A stretch of DNA of 64,000 nucleotides, from contig OX597832.1 in assembly GCA_951406725.2 (NCBI GenBank), forward strand, positions 47,864,001-47,928,000, written 5' to 3'. The first letter of the stretch is position 1. Each line of letters starts with the position of its first letter. Position numbers and translations under genes: made by a program. Below are positions 11,791 to 24,839 of this stretch, piece by piece. Source of the stretch: Octopus vulgaris (Eukaryota). The notes under the pieces were generated by a model, which had not been told where the DNA came from, ran no database searches, and saw only the letters and a program-made list of their open reading frames with translations.

Positions 11791-13191
11791 GGGGGGGGGA
11801 ATGGACTTTGGGGACTATATCTACTTATAGTGAAATGAACTCAATCAAGACCTTAGTATACTTAGAAGGAACACTAGGCTGTGCTAGTGATAGGATATAA
11901 GACATTGATAATTCGGCAAGTACCTTAACAACTATGTTAATAACAAACTCTGTGGCCGATGCCAGCGCCGCCTTGACTGGCTTCAGTGCCGGTGGCATGT
12001 AAAAAGCACCATCCGAATCGTGGCCGGTGGCACGTAAAATGCACCAATCCAATCGTGGCCGTTGCCAGCCTCGCCTGGCACCAGTGCAGGTGGCACGTAA
12101 AAAGCACCCAGTACACTCACGGAGTGGTTGGCGTTAGGAAGGGCATCCAGCTGTGGAAACACTGCCAGATCAGACTGGAGCCTGGTGCAGCCTTCTGGCT
12201 TCCCAGATCCCCGGTCGAACCGTCCAGCCCATGCTAGCATGGAGAACAGACGATGATGATGAATTTAGATATTTCAATAATAAATCTTGCAACACTATTT
12301 TCCAATGAGATTTAATATCTTTAGTTATCAGACACAACAGCTACATGATTAAAACCTGAATTACTGGTTAAATTGGTCATTAGTCCTGTTCAACTGGAAA
12401 CGGATTTTACTCCTGCTTTGCTGTTGACAGTGTCCAATAAGAAAGGATTCCAAAATTACCAATCACCTGCTAATTATTTAATTTTGGATTTTACTTGGCA
12501 CTTATTCTTTAGGTAAATAAAAAGTAAAGTAAGTCATTGGGACACTACTATCGAGTCCTGGGACTATTAGAGCTGGTCATCTAGTCTCTATGGCATATAA
12601 ATGTCGTTCATTGATAGCTGAATGGACTGGAGCGACATGCGGTGTTTTGCTCAACAACATAATGCACCACTTGGTCTGGGGAGTGAAACCAAGATTTTGA
12701 AATTGTGAAAGCAACACCCTAACCAATAGGCCATGTTCCTTCACATAGGCATTGTCTAAAATATTTCAATTCTTTCTCAAAGCAGTTTTATCTTTTTTCT
12801 CAAACTGTAAATTAGCTACTTGGTGCTAACATATTTAATGCTGTAAAGAGCATTAAAGAACTGAGAGTAATAATGTGGCAAAAATTAATCAATGACTGAC
12901 ATTGTTTTAATTATTTCAGCAAGTATGGGAGACACCTCTGGACATGTTTTGGTTCTATTACACCTCCTCAGTGAAGTATAGATACTACTGTACTTGTTGA
13001 AGTAACGACAAAAGAATCACTAAGTAAATGTACAAGACTGTACAATGGGCAGCAGAGAAAAATAGAATTGCTTCTGAGACTAAATAGCTCCTCTCTCTGA
13101 ATATTTTACACCCATTTTCTCCATGCTTATATGAATTTGGTTACTGGTTTTAATATGCCAGTTTGTCTTTTGAACTTATATTTTGTCATTT

Positions 13192-13890
13192 CACATGTTT
13201 ACAAAGTCAGAAAACAACACAGCTCCCATGACTTTCGGAAACATTTTTTCATGCTGAGAGTTGCTGAAGCATGGAACAGACTGCCGTCATCAGTTATTAG
13301 TTGTTGGAGCAGTGCATCCTTCAAAACTTCCATGCTTCCTGAGATTCGCCAACACTACATCTGATTTTCTCCCCTCCATACACACACAAGCATGTATCTG
13401 ACTCATACACTGTTCGCTTTCCAGACATTTTGTACATTACTGCATATACTTTATACGCACTTTTGACAAGTATTATATATATATACACAGACACCCATAA
13501 AATTATTAACCATCTTACTAACAATAACTCTGAGCACCTTTTCAAACTCCACCCGTCTAACACCCGTGGACATGTTTACAAAGTCAGAAAACAACACAGC
13601 TCCTATGACTTTCGGAAACATTTTTTCACGCTGAGAGTTGCTGAAGCATGGAACAGACTGCTGGCATCAGTTGTTAGTTGTCAGAGCACTGCATCCTTCA
13701 AAACTTCCATGCTTCCTGAAATTCGCCAACACTACACCTGATTTTCTCCCCTCCATACACACACAAGCATGTATCTGACTCATACACTGTTCGCTTTCCT
13801 GACATTTGTACATTACTGCATATACTTTATACACACTTTTTGACAAGTTGTGGTGCACCTGAGCACTGTATACAATAATTTCAGTATTAT
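13192..13890 (+). mobile_element. Two tandem CR1 3' fragments
   Basis: HVYKVRKQHSSHDFRKHFF...RQHY occurs twice (about 13192-13480 and 13490-13890). Confidence 0.85.
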
Positions 13891-14069
13891 TTATATCATG
13901 TCCATCTTGCTCCTTGTTGAAATTTCTGCTTTCTGTCTCTGTGTTTCAGAACCCTATACCATTATACTTTTGCCATACACATTGTACCTCTTACTGTGTT
14001 GTGTGTTTATAAAGCTGAATGCTCTTCTTGTAAAGTATGAGTAGACTTGTTTTGCTTGATTATTGTGTG

Positions 14070-14286
14070 TGTATGAGTCAGATACATGCTTGCGTGTGTA
14101 TGGAGGGGAGAAAATCAGGTGTAGTGTTGGCGAATCTCAGGAAGCATGGAAGTTTTGAAGGATGCAGTGCTCCGACAACTAACAACTGATGCCGGCAGTT
14201 TGTTCCATGCTTCTGCAACTCTTAGCGTGAAAAAATGTTTCCTAAAGTCATGGGAGCTGTGTTGTTTTCTGACTTTGTAAACATGT
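14070..14286 (-). mobile_element. Inverted CR1 3' fragment
   Basis: ORF 14363-14115 encodes the same CR1 C-terminus. Confidence 0.85.
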
Positions 14287-14456
14287 GAAATGACAAAATT
14301 ATTGTGTGTGTTAGTGAAGCAAATGATAGTTATTGTGTTCATGAACACATGAACACTACACAATAACTTGAGTAATAAGGTTTGAATTCATTAACTGAAA
14401 TGTCTATTGTCTGGTACCATGACCTCACAACCAATTTGTCTCAACAAATAATATCT

Positions 14457-14684
14457 TTAACCCTTTAACATTCAGATTACTCTGTCAAATGTAAAGCCTG
14501 TTTAATCACATTGTTTTAAATTAATTGTACAGCATCTTGTAACTCTGAGATTTTGACGATGTCCCTGTTTATTTTTAGAATGACTTTGTAGTGTAGGTGT
14601 GAGAGGTCAGAGCTGGCTGGTTTGAGCATATAACAGGAAGACAATTTTGGCCTGATATGGCCAGTTTAAACACTAAAGGGTTAA
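14457..14684. mobile_element. piggyBac-type MITE
   Basis: ttaa-ccctttaacatt ... aacactaaaggg-ttaa; CCC/GGG termini with TTAA target sites. Confidence 0.75.
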
Positions 14685-15739
14685 TCTGTAATTTCTTCAA
14701 TGTTCTTTGCAAGTGAATTATAAGAACCCATCTTTTTATTATTATTATTATTATTTTTTTGGCTTACAATTTATCTAAATCCAAAATATGTTCTTGTGTT
14801 AACAGAACACAGATACAAATATTTCGTACTCCAGCGAAAACACTACCTTTTTACCATTTACATTAACTGAACTAATCTTATAAGTGTACTTATAAGAACA
14901 TTTGTTCATAGGATGGTTTACTGGATAGAGATTAGTGATAGCATAGCATCTAAGGAAAAACCTGAATGAATGATGGTTCCAGACTTGCAGTCTTTCTCAG
15001 TAGCAAAACAAAATTTCATGTCACATAACACAGTAGAAGGTACAATGTATATGGCAAAAGTATAATAGTATAGGGTACTGGAACATAGAGACAGAAAACA
15101 GAAATTTCAATAAGGGGCAAGGTGGACATGATATATTGAATGTGAAATGACAAAATACGAGTTGAAGAGACAAACTGGTATATTAAAAGCAGTAACCAAA
15201 TCCACATTTTTCTTTGAACTGTTTAAGGGTTTACATGTTTCAGTGACTTTACCTGTTTTGCATAATGCAAATATTTTGATAATATATATAGATAATATAT
15301 AGGCGCAGGAGTGGCTTTGTGGTAAGTAGCTTGTTTACCAACCACATGGTTCCGGATTCAGTCCCACTGAGTGTCACCTTGGGCAAGTGTCTTCTACTAT
15401 AGCCTCGGGCCGACCAAAGCCTTGTGAGTGGATTTGGTAGACGGGAACTGAAAGAAGCCCGTCGTATATATGTATATATATATATATATAAATGCGTGTG
15501 TGTGTCTGTGTTTGTCCCCCTAGCATTGCTTGACAACCGATGCTGGTGTGTTTATGTCCCCGTCACTTAGCGGTTCGGCAAAAGAGACCGATAGAATAAG
15601 TACTGGGCTTACAAAAGAATAAGTCCCGGGGTCGAGTTGCTCGAATAAAGGTGGTGCACCAGCATGGCCGCAGTCAAAATGACTAAAACAAGTAAAAAAA
15701 AAAAAAAAAAAAGACTATATAAATAAAAAGGAAAACACA

Positions 15740-16812
15740 TCATCTAATAATTTATTTCTTGTTCTTTGTAACAAAAACTATTCTTATAGTTGCAACAAGA
15801 TGACTTGTGTGTTTTCAGATGACCATTTTTACATACTATTTTTCACTGTACTGTAGCAGATTTCTTACACAATAACATAGTTATAGTAAATGTACCAATT
15901 ACATCAGTAGTTCAATGGAAGACGGATTCCGAACTCCTTTTCGCCAAGGTGAAAATAATTTCCACAATATGTCCTGATTGGTGTACGTTCGAGTCGACAG
16001 ATCAGATAATAAGCACAAAATATCTACAAACAGGTTTTTACCGATTTCTATATTATATTCATAGATGGGTGGGGGAGCTTTGGCAAAATAATATCTCATT
16101 GAAGAAAAAAATTTTGGAAAATCATACAAGAATCTTGTCAAATGAAGGTGCCAGTCCAGATACATCACATGTTCACTTACTAGGAGACTGCGCGGGACAC
16201 AGTTATTGGATATTCCAAGACAGGCAAGAAGACAATGGTGCTATTTATGGAATGCCATATTTTTATGTATTCTGAATATTTCCAAGACTGTAGTGCAGAA
16301 TTCTTACCATAACTGGTATTGCATTAACAGAAATATACAGCATTTAAGTTTAGGAGAAAATGAACTCTTTGCTGAAACACTTCGTGGATTTTGCTAAAGT
16401 CCTCCATGGAAGTATGAACACTATACATACTTATATTCCATTAATAATATTCTGTAAGGCGAGATGAAATTGACCGGTAAGTTAATCATGGCTTCCTGGC
16501 CGAAGGGTCGACACTTCGCATCCAATATTTTCCGATCGATGCTGTGAGGTGTTCTCAAGAAAGAAAACCCATTTGTCTTTCAACAGCTCAATACACCTGT
16601 GCACTATAAACAACAGAAAGTGTTTTGTCACTTTTTAAGAGTCGAGTTGAACCATCTTCATGTTGACTCGGAGAAGAAAGAAACTGCTATTCCCATGCAA
16701 TCGACACCTCAAGACGAAGTTTTTTCAGCGATGGTCCGACGACACGAATTGGTTATGAAGTAATGACGCGTCCGAGTATCCTTAAAATTCCATGATTATA
16801 TATTTCTAGCTT
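15740..16812 (-). other. Candidate alternative terminal exon (lncRNA, small ORF or decayed gene) inside the CEP19 5' intron
   Basis: Strong acceptor ttttccccccgcctgcag ending at 16813; no repeat similarity within the window; CpG retained; ~113-codon stop-free frame ending TAA at 15899; AATAAA at 15756-15751 followed by a GU/U-rich tract. Confidence 0.4.
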
Positions 16813-17070
16813 CTGCAGGCGGGGGGAAAAGCAACAAACGTATCGCGACACGGCGAGAGAGAAAGGTTAGATCTACATTCATTGCAAAGTTATGCTAAGT
16901 AGCAACATTCGGCACAAAAAAACAATGTTTTAGACATGGAATTAAAAGAAAAAAATAATTTGACAAGTAGTATCCGGTGTATCTTTATTTTTTCCAATAA
17001 TTTCAGGTACAGAAGAATCGGCAAATTATTTTAATTCGAGAATTAAACATTAAAATATGTCTGTACTTAC

Positions 17071-17460
17071 TTGTTAGGGTCAACTTGCCAACCATGTTGA
17101 AACAGTAAACTTAACGCATGCGTAGCAACGCTTACTGTCGTTTGTCAGAACTAACTAATCTATATCATCATATACAATCTACTTTTAATCGATTTTAGAA
17201 AAATTTTTACTCAAAATAAGTAGTTTTATAATTTAATGTAAGTATATCGCTTACGTAATAATTCAATAGAATTTGTAAAAGAGGTTTTTTTCTCCAAATG
17301 TCATTCTACCGTTTCGTTAGTTTCGTCTGTCTTCTGTCATGCGTACTCAAACCCGCCTTATGATATTATGGCGCTTGTGTGATTTCCCTTTTATCTTGGC
17401 AAGTTGAATATTCGTTTTATACAGTCAAATTGAACAACTCATCACTATATAAGGTACAGA
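17071..17460. promoter_or_regulatory. Putative bidirectional promoter and first exons for CEP19 (-) and EMSY (+)
   Basis: Repeat-free, CpG-retaining zone between divergent genes; minus donor AA|gtaagt at 17070; NRF1-like palindrome acgcatgcgt 17114-17123; YY1-like atggcg 17368-17373; possible plus donor aag|gtacag at 17454. Confidence 0.5.
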
Positions 17461-17861
17461 GACAAAATTTCTACTACCGTATTAATGTATCATGTAGATA
17501 TTTCCTGCAGCCAATGCTCAGAAATTGAGAATTCGCTGATTGTAAAAAAAAAATGAGGTCTCTTCAGTTCTCTGAAATGAGAAAACACGACACAAAGTGT
17601 CATGTTTTCTCGCCTTTTTCATTCTTTTTCCTTTTAGATATCTATTAAAATGCTTTCCAAAGAATCAGATTGGCTTTTTGGTAGATTTCTCCATGTAGAT
17701 CACCGAATATTTCATGTAAAATAATGTAATATTTATCATTTTATTGTGATTCAAGCAAGCAAGCATCAGTCCTGTCTGTCTGTCATTGCAGAGTTTTTTT
17801 TTTTCTGCATCTTCAACAAAAAGAAGACAAAAAAAAACGGCAGCTTGGAAAAAGACAAACA

Positions 17862-18091
17862 AAATTTTATATTAAACTTACTCGAGAAACCTTGAGTATT
17901 TTCCATCTTCGCTAAAAACCTTTCTTGTTTAACCTCCAAAGTGTTCTCCCCCAAAAATGTTTCACCTGATTTTTATTACTTCAAAAATTGCTTTTAAATG
18001 CATCCAGAGAGTCTTTTTTCTTCTCTTCTCTTTTTGCATCTTAAAAATTTAAAAGAAAAGGGAGCAAAATTTCACCTTAGCTTTGAGGTTT

Positions 18092-18149
<58 letters not shown>

Positions 18150-18630
18150 CTCTATGAAGTGTTGTCTTCTTTCCTTTATAACTTAGTCTGCGTCTTGGTA
18201 TATAAGTAATGTCTAATTTGAAATTTCCCTTTTGTTTTTGTTATTTTTTCTTTCACAATTCCAACCAGGTTTTTGTTTGCATTTTTCCTAGAAATTACCT
18301 GATTATTATTATTATTATTATTTATTTTTTTCCAAATATCACCATCAGTTTCTCCAGGTATGAGATTTATTCTCAAGCATTATATTCGAATTTCCACCCA
18401 ACAGCTGTAAATTTATAAAGTTATAGCTTTTTTTTTTTTGTTTTTGTTATTGCCAATCATTTATTTTATTTAATATGTCATATGTATCTCGACTTATTTT
18501 GTTTTGAAGTTAATAAAAATCAGGTGAAACATTTTTTTGTGAGAGGAACACTTTGGAGATTAATTAAACAAGGACGATTTTAGCGAAGATGGAAAATACT
18601 CAAGATTTCGAGTAAGTTTAATATAAATTT
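17862..18630. repeat. Foldback: ~125-bp inverted repeats around a (TA)n-containing spacer
   Basis: 17862-17986 is the reverse complement of 18502-18630 (for example gagtattttccatcttcgctaaaa / ttttagcgaagatggaaaatactc). Confidence 0.85.
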
Positions 18631-20889
18631 ATAAGAAAAAAACAACATAACTCAACTCAAGGAATAGGTTTGAAATCTGCAATTGTGTGGATTTTATATC
18701 AATACAATTCTATCTATACAAGGTTATTTTTCTTATTGTGTTTTTTGTTTTCAAGGTATCTTTCAAACGGATTCTTAAAATACTTTCTTTTAAACATCTG
18801 TCAAAATAAGAGAGATCTTCCTGTTCTTCACAACCAACACATCTTTTAAATATCCATTTACGAAGCGGACCTATAAAAGGCTTCTCTTCTTGCTCCTCTA
18901 CATCACTTATCTCCCCATCTTAATATTAAAACATTAGTTATTCCATTTTGTTGTAACATCATTCTTTTTAACACATTCTAAATATTAAAGAACACAGCCT
19001 TTTGTTTGTTATTGCTTCGATCACTTTCATCTTAGCCCCCCTTGTGAATGAAATCAACTGATGTTAACTAATTTCTTAAGGAGGCTTAATTAAACAAATC
19101 TTACAAGCTTTGAAAATAATGAATTGATATATTTCATCTTTGTTTTTGTTTTTTTAAAAAATATTTTTCAAACCTTATTTTATTTGATCATATATAAGCC
19201 TTCCTTCCTTCCTTTTGGCAATATGTTTTGTGTGTGTGTGTGTGTATACATGTATATGTATGTATATATATATATATATATCTTTTTTTCTGTCTACTTT
19301 TCATTTTTTTTAAATAAATATATTTATTTATGCCTGTTCCTTGTACCTAATCTTTGAAACGTATTCTGGAAAAAGAATAAAGGAATGGTGGAAAACACGT
19401 TATATATATTTATATATATATATATATGTATATAGATGAGAGAGAGAGAGGGAGATATGCGCGCGTGAGTTGGAAAATGGAAAAGATGAATTAAGGAGAA
19501 GTTAACTCAGTCATAGGTAAAGTTTTTTTTTTCCTTTTTCCCCTCATCTGGAAGCTTAATGAAGTGGGTTATCTATGAATGGATGTTGCAGAATTCGATT
19601 CGAAAATTTGTTTATATCAATGTGAATCTGTGTTTTCTTTTAGTTTGTCTTACTGTTGGAACAACAACAAAAACAGAAATAGATTTTTTAAGCATCGTAT
19701 ACATACGCAAAATAAAATAATAAATCATTCAAATATATAGGTTTGACATGAAATTTAGTGCAATGTTTGTTTAATTTTGCCTCAAGTGTGTTGTAAACTT
19801 GTCATAACAGTCTCCTCTCCTAATTGTCTGTTTTTTTAGGCACGTATCATCAAAGAAGGTCGCACCCAACTTCTAAAAAATCACTCTAGTTTTGTTTTGT
19901 TGTCTAATTCGGTAACCTTTACGTGATATGTCTGTGTTGTATGTGTGTATATATTCGACTATAATTCAATTTCATGATTGAAAAGTATGATATTCTCTTC
20001 CTGATGTTCTTCACAATTAATGAATTCGATTATGAAATATGTATCATTTTTTTTTTTACACTCAATCTGACACATTTTATTCAGTGGTGGAAAAATTTTT
20101 GTGTATGCATCCTGTGCAAGCTGAAAATGGGTGACCAGTGTGTACACAATACAATTATGAATCTTCATCGCTGGCAGACTATCAGAATTCATCTCCCAAC
20201 AAATGCTTTCTACTTCATACTTTGCTTAAATATATCACTGAAGTTATATGTACAAATGTTGTTTGAAGGAATTACAATAGAAATAATACATAATTTGAGA
20301 TCACTAGCTTAGGGGTTTTTTAAAATTATTTTTTTTTCATTGATTAGAAGCAAGCAAGACGCATATGTATGTATGCAAGATCTTCTATTCCCATTTCCAG
20401 TTTAGGTTGAGGACCATGGAAGCAAAATAGTTGGAATTTTATGAGAATCCTACTCCAAAAAACATAACAGCCAAATCGAATTTTTCATTAAACAACCCAA
20501 ACTATTTTGAAGATTTATTGGATCATCATCATCATCATCATTCATCCGTTTTTCCATGTTGGCATGGCTTGGACGGTTTAACAGGAGCTGGTAAGGCTGG
20601 CTGGGCGTGGGGGAGGAGGCAGGCTCCATTGTCTGTTTGGGCATGGTCACTACTGCTGGATGCCATTCCTAATGCCAACCACTTATTAAGTGTAATGGGT
20701 GTTTTTTTATGTGGTACCAGATTTTAAGATTTTTAGAGATTTTCCAAAATTTCAAATATTTTAGTGTTTTGTTGTTTGCTTTGTTTTTTTGTTTTTTTAA
20801 TAGGGAAATAATAGATTCTGAATGGCAACTGCTTGCTAGTTCACCAACATCACATTTTAGGATTTGGGGGTTACAGAATAGGTCATAAT

Positions 20890-21437
20890 CAGTGGTTCTC
20901 AACTGGGGTCTGTATGACCCCTGGGGGTCCATATAAGATTTTTAGGAGACCATGCAAGCAAAGTAGTACATTTGGGCTCACACTAGTATATTAAGGGTTC
21001 ATGAAAAAATTTTGATTTAGATGTACCTATTGGAAGAGGCGCGGGCATGGCTGTGTGGTTAGGGAGCTTGCTTCCTAGCTACATGGTTTCGGGTTCAGTC
21101 CCACTGCGTGGCACTTTGGCCAGGTGTCTTCCACTATAGCCTCGAGCAGACCGAAGCTTTGTGATTGAATTCGGTAGGCGGAAGTTAATGCCGTGGGTGT
21201 ATACGTGCGTGTAGGTGCCCAGTGCCTCTCCGAAAGAGAGAGAGAGCAAGGGTTCTTTTTCAAATGTTTTGCATAATTCAGCTTAGACGAGTTAATGTTT
21301 GAAAAACAAAACAGGAATGTTGAAAGAAGTATTTGTAAAACTAGTTTATAAACATCAGGAAGCCATGGGGGAGGGGTCCACCAGAGTAAAATAGTAATCA
21401 AAGGAGTCTGTAGGTAAAAAATGGTTGAGAACCATTG
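20890..21437. mobile_element. hAT (Charlie-like) MITE with a SINE inserted
   Basis: TIRs cagtggttctcaac / gttgagaaccattg; degenerate 8-bp TSD gtcataat / ctcataac. Confidence 0.75.
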
Positions 21438-23162
21438 CTCATAACTCTTTTACTTGTTTCAGTCATTTTGACTGCGGCCATGCTAGAGCACCACCTTTAG
21501 TCGAGCAAATCGACCCCGGGACTTATTCTTTGTAAGCCCAGTACTTATTCTATCGGTCTCTTTTGCCGAACTGCTAAGTGACGGGGACGTAAACACACCA
21601 GCATCGGTTGTTAAGCAATGCTAGAGGGACAGACACAGACACACAAACATAGACACACACACACATATATATATGATGGGCTTCTTTCAGTTTCCGCCTA
21701 CCAAATCCACTCACAAGGCTTTGGTCGGCCCGAGGCTATAGCAGAAGACACTTGCCCAAGATGCCACGCAGTGGGACTGAACCCGGAACCATGTGGTTGG
21801 TTAGCAAGCTACTTACCACACAGCCACTCCTGCGCCTAATGGTTGAGGATTATCTAAAGTGGTTGACAGAATGATCTTTATCAGATGTTGGCTTTCTACA
21901 GATACCATTCCCAATGGAGCTGATACTTATTCCTAATAGTAAAAGGTATCTTTTGTATATTAACATGTAATGTCTAGTAGTGACATGACAAAATGTTTGA
22001 AATATAAACTTCTAAGCTGATAGAATGCAAGTATCAGTGAAATTCAGAAAGTAAATATTGACTGTCTTTAATCCCCACAATAAAACTGTTATTACACCGT
22101 GTAACACGAATTTTGTCCTTGCATAACAACTGTTATCGCCTATTTGCTTACCACTGGTAAGGTATGAAAAATGGCATATATTTTCTTCAGACTTTGCTTT
22201 TGGTATATTACTCAAACCCACCAAAGAATCCCTCTTAACATGTAGCTATGATGCTCCCTCACTACTCCTGCTCATGATCAGAGATGCACATATTGTCAGC
22301 CACTAAAGGACAAGTTCAAGTGGCTATGGTCAAGCAACTGACAAGCAAATCTGTGGTATTGAGCAGAATATTTGCTATAAAGGTGTTTCTGTTTGAGCAA
22401 TTTGGCTCTGAATCTGTTTGAAATGTATTGGAACCTAGGGTGTTTTTTTGAAAACATTGATGTTCAAGTGACAAAAGCAATGTTTGAAGGGAATAATAGT
22501 CATTTCTTTTGATTTCTAGATAGAAGCAAATAGGAAATAACACTTAGTAACCAAAGACCAAAGACAAAAGAAAATAGAATAAAAATTTTGTAACATAGTG
22601 TTATTAAAAGAGAAGACTATGTGGAGAAAATGGTATCTATCTATGCCTCATTGTTCTAAATTCTAATTCTGCTGTCTTCAACCTTTTTTTTTTACCTTGA
22701 AGATCAATAAAATGACTGAATGATCTGCTGGTGGGCTGTTTTAAATGAATGAGCTTTTTATCTCTTACAAAGAGGACCTTTGTGCCAATTCAAGTGTCAT
22801 CAGAAATATATTCTTTTTTTTTTTAAATGTTTCTATAGTAACCAGCTTATTTCCGTGTACTTTAAGTGCATGCAAACTCTTGTTGATTGAATAATTCTTA
22901 TAATTCTTCCACAAACTGGGATTACCATTCCAGGTGCATGTTTTCATGACTTCTCAACATCATTCCAGACAATGTTTTTTTTGGTCTGATGTGGCATCAC
23001 TGTGTGGTAATAAGTTTGCTTTGAATCCACATCATTTCAGGTTCAGTCCCACTACATGGCACCTTGGGAAAGTATCTTCTACTGCAGCCCCAAGCTGGCC
23101 AAAACCTTGTGAGTGGATTTGGTAGAGGGAAATTGAAAGAACCTATTTTATATATATATTTA

Positions 23163-23390
23163 TCATGTTCTAAGGAGAGTGCTTGAGTTTAGAGTGAATG
23201 AACGGCAAAAGTGAGGCCGACCAAAGAAAACATGGAGGGAACAGGTGAAGGAGGCGATTGGGAGGGTTGGCTTGAGGATGGAGGATGCCCAAAACCTGTG
23301 AGATGGTGTTGGAGGGGTTGCCGTAAGAGTGAGGTAGATCCAGCCACCCCCATTAACGGGGACAAACCTGGATTCAAAATATTGGACAAG
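23163..23390 (+). mobile_element. RTE LINE 3' fragment
   Basis: VLRRVLEFRVNERQK*GRPKKTWREQV..., a typical RTE C-terminus. Confidence 0.65.
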
Positions 23391-24839
23391 GAAAATATGT
23401 GTGTGTGTGTATACTCTCACCATCATGGAAGCAGTATCCTTTGTTTCCAATGATTCACGAAAACATATCTGGTCATGGGGAAACATTACCTTACTTGGAA
23501 ACAGGTGAGGGTTAGCAATAGGAAGAGCATCCAGCCATAGAAAATTTGTCTCGAGTTTCATCCAGCTCATGCACACATGGTAAAGTGGACACGTTCAATT
23601 GATTTCAAATTTTGGTGCAAGGCCAGCAATTTTGGGAGAGTGGGTTAGTCAATTACATCAAGCCCAGTACTCATCATCATCATCATCGTTTAACGTCCGT
23701 TTTTCCATGCTAGCATGGGTTGGACGGTTCAACTGGGGATCTGGGAAGCCTGAAGGCTGCACCAGGCTCCAGTCTGATCTAGCAGTGTTTCTACAGTTGG
23801 ATGCCCTTCCTAACGCCAACCACTCTGTTGGGTGTAGTGGGTGTTTTTTACTTGCCACCAGCACAGGTGCCAGGCGAGGCTGGCAACGGCCACGATCGGA
23901 TTGGTGCATTTTACGTGCGGAAGCCAGTCTGGGCGGCGCTGGCATCGGCCACGATTCAGATGGTGCTTTTTACATGCCACCGGCACGGAAGCTAGTCTAG
24001 GCGGTGCTGGCATCGGCCATGTTCAGATGGTGCTTTTTATCAACCCCTGAAAAGATGAAAGTTAAAGTTGACCTCAACAGAATTTGAACTCAGAACGTGA
24101 AGACAGATGAAATGCTGCTAAGCAGTTTGGCCCAGGGTGCTAATAATTCTGCCAGCTTGTTGCCCTATGTTTGATTGATATATCAAAGAAGAAACACAGT
24201 TTCCATCTTCCGTTCTTAATTTTTATTTCTGGCTCTTTGCTTTTATTGCTCTGTCAGTTCATGTCTGCATCTCTTATAGTTATTTGTAATGGTCTTTGGT
24301 GAATGTTCTATTTGTTTGTTGTTTGTCCAGATATGGCAGTGTTTCCATATTGTGTATTTCTTTTACTTGCTTCAGTTATTTGACTGCAGCCATGCTGGAG
24401 CACCGACTTTTAGTCAAACAAATCCATCCCAGGACTTACTCTTTGTAAGTCCAGTACTTATTCTACTGGTCTCTTTTGCTGAGCCGCTAAGTTATGGGGC
24501 ACGTAAGCACACAGACATCGGTTGTCAAGCGATGGTGGAGGGACAAACACATGCACACACACATATGTATGTATGTATGTATATATATATATATATATAT
24601 AGCCCCGACTGGCTTCTGTGCAGGTGGCACATAAAAAGCACCAACCGACCGTGGCCGATGCCAGACCCCTCTGGCACCTGTGCAGGTGGCACATAAAAAG
24701 CACCCACTACACTCACGGAGTGGTTGGCATTAGGAAGGGCATCCAGCTGTAGAAACACTGCCAGACCAGACTGGAGCCTGGTCCAACCCGTGCTAGCGCG
24801 GAAAACGGACGTTAAACGATGATGATGGTGATATATATA

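Noticed and set aside
12935-12980. Hammerhead-like CTGAGGA...AAAACATGTC on the minus strand
   Set aside because: The GAAA core is mutated and stem I does not pair; too degenerate to call.
16464-16763. Plus-strand ~100-codon frame interrupted by one TGA (possible selenoprotein)
   Set aside because: No redox motif around the TGA, no SECIS recognised, and splice and poly(A) signals favour the minus strand.
15899-16793. Programmed +1 frameshifting or stop recoding by A-to-I editing to give one ~298-aa protein
   Set aside because: It needs many shifts or recoded stops, stop density in the 5' two-thirds looks random, and the stitched product resembles nothing I recognise.
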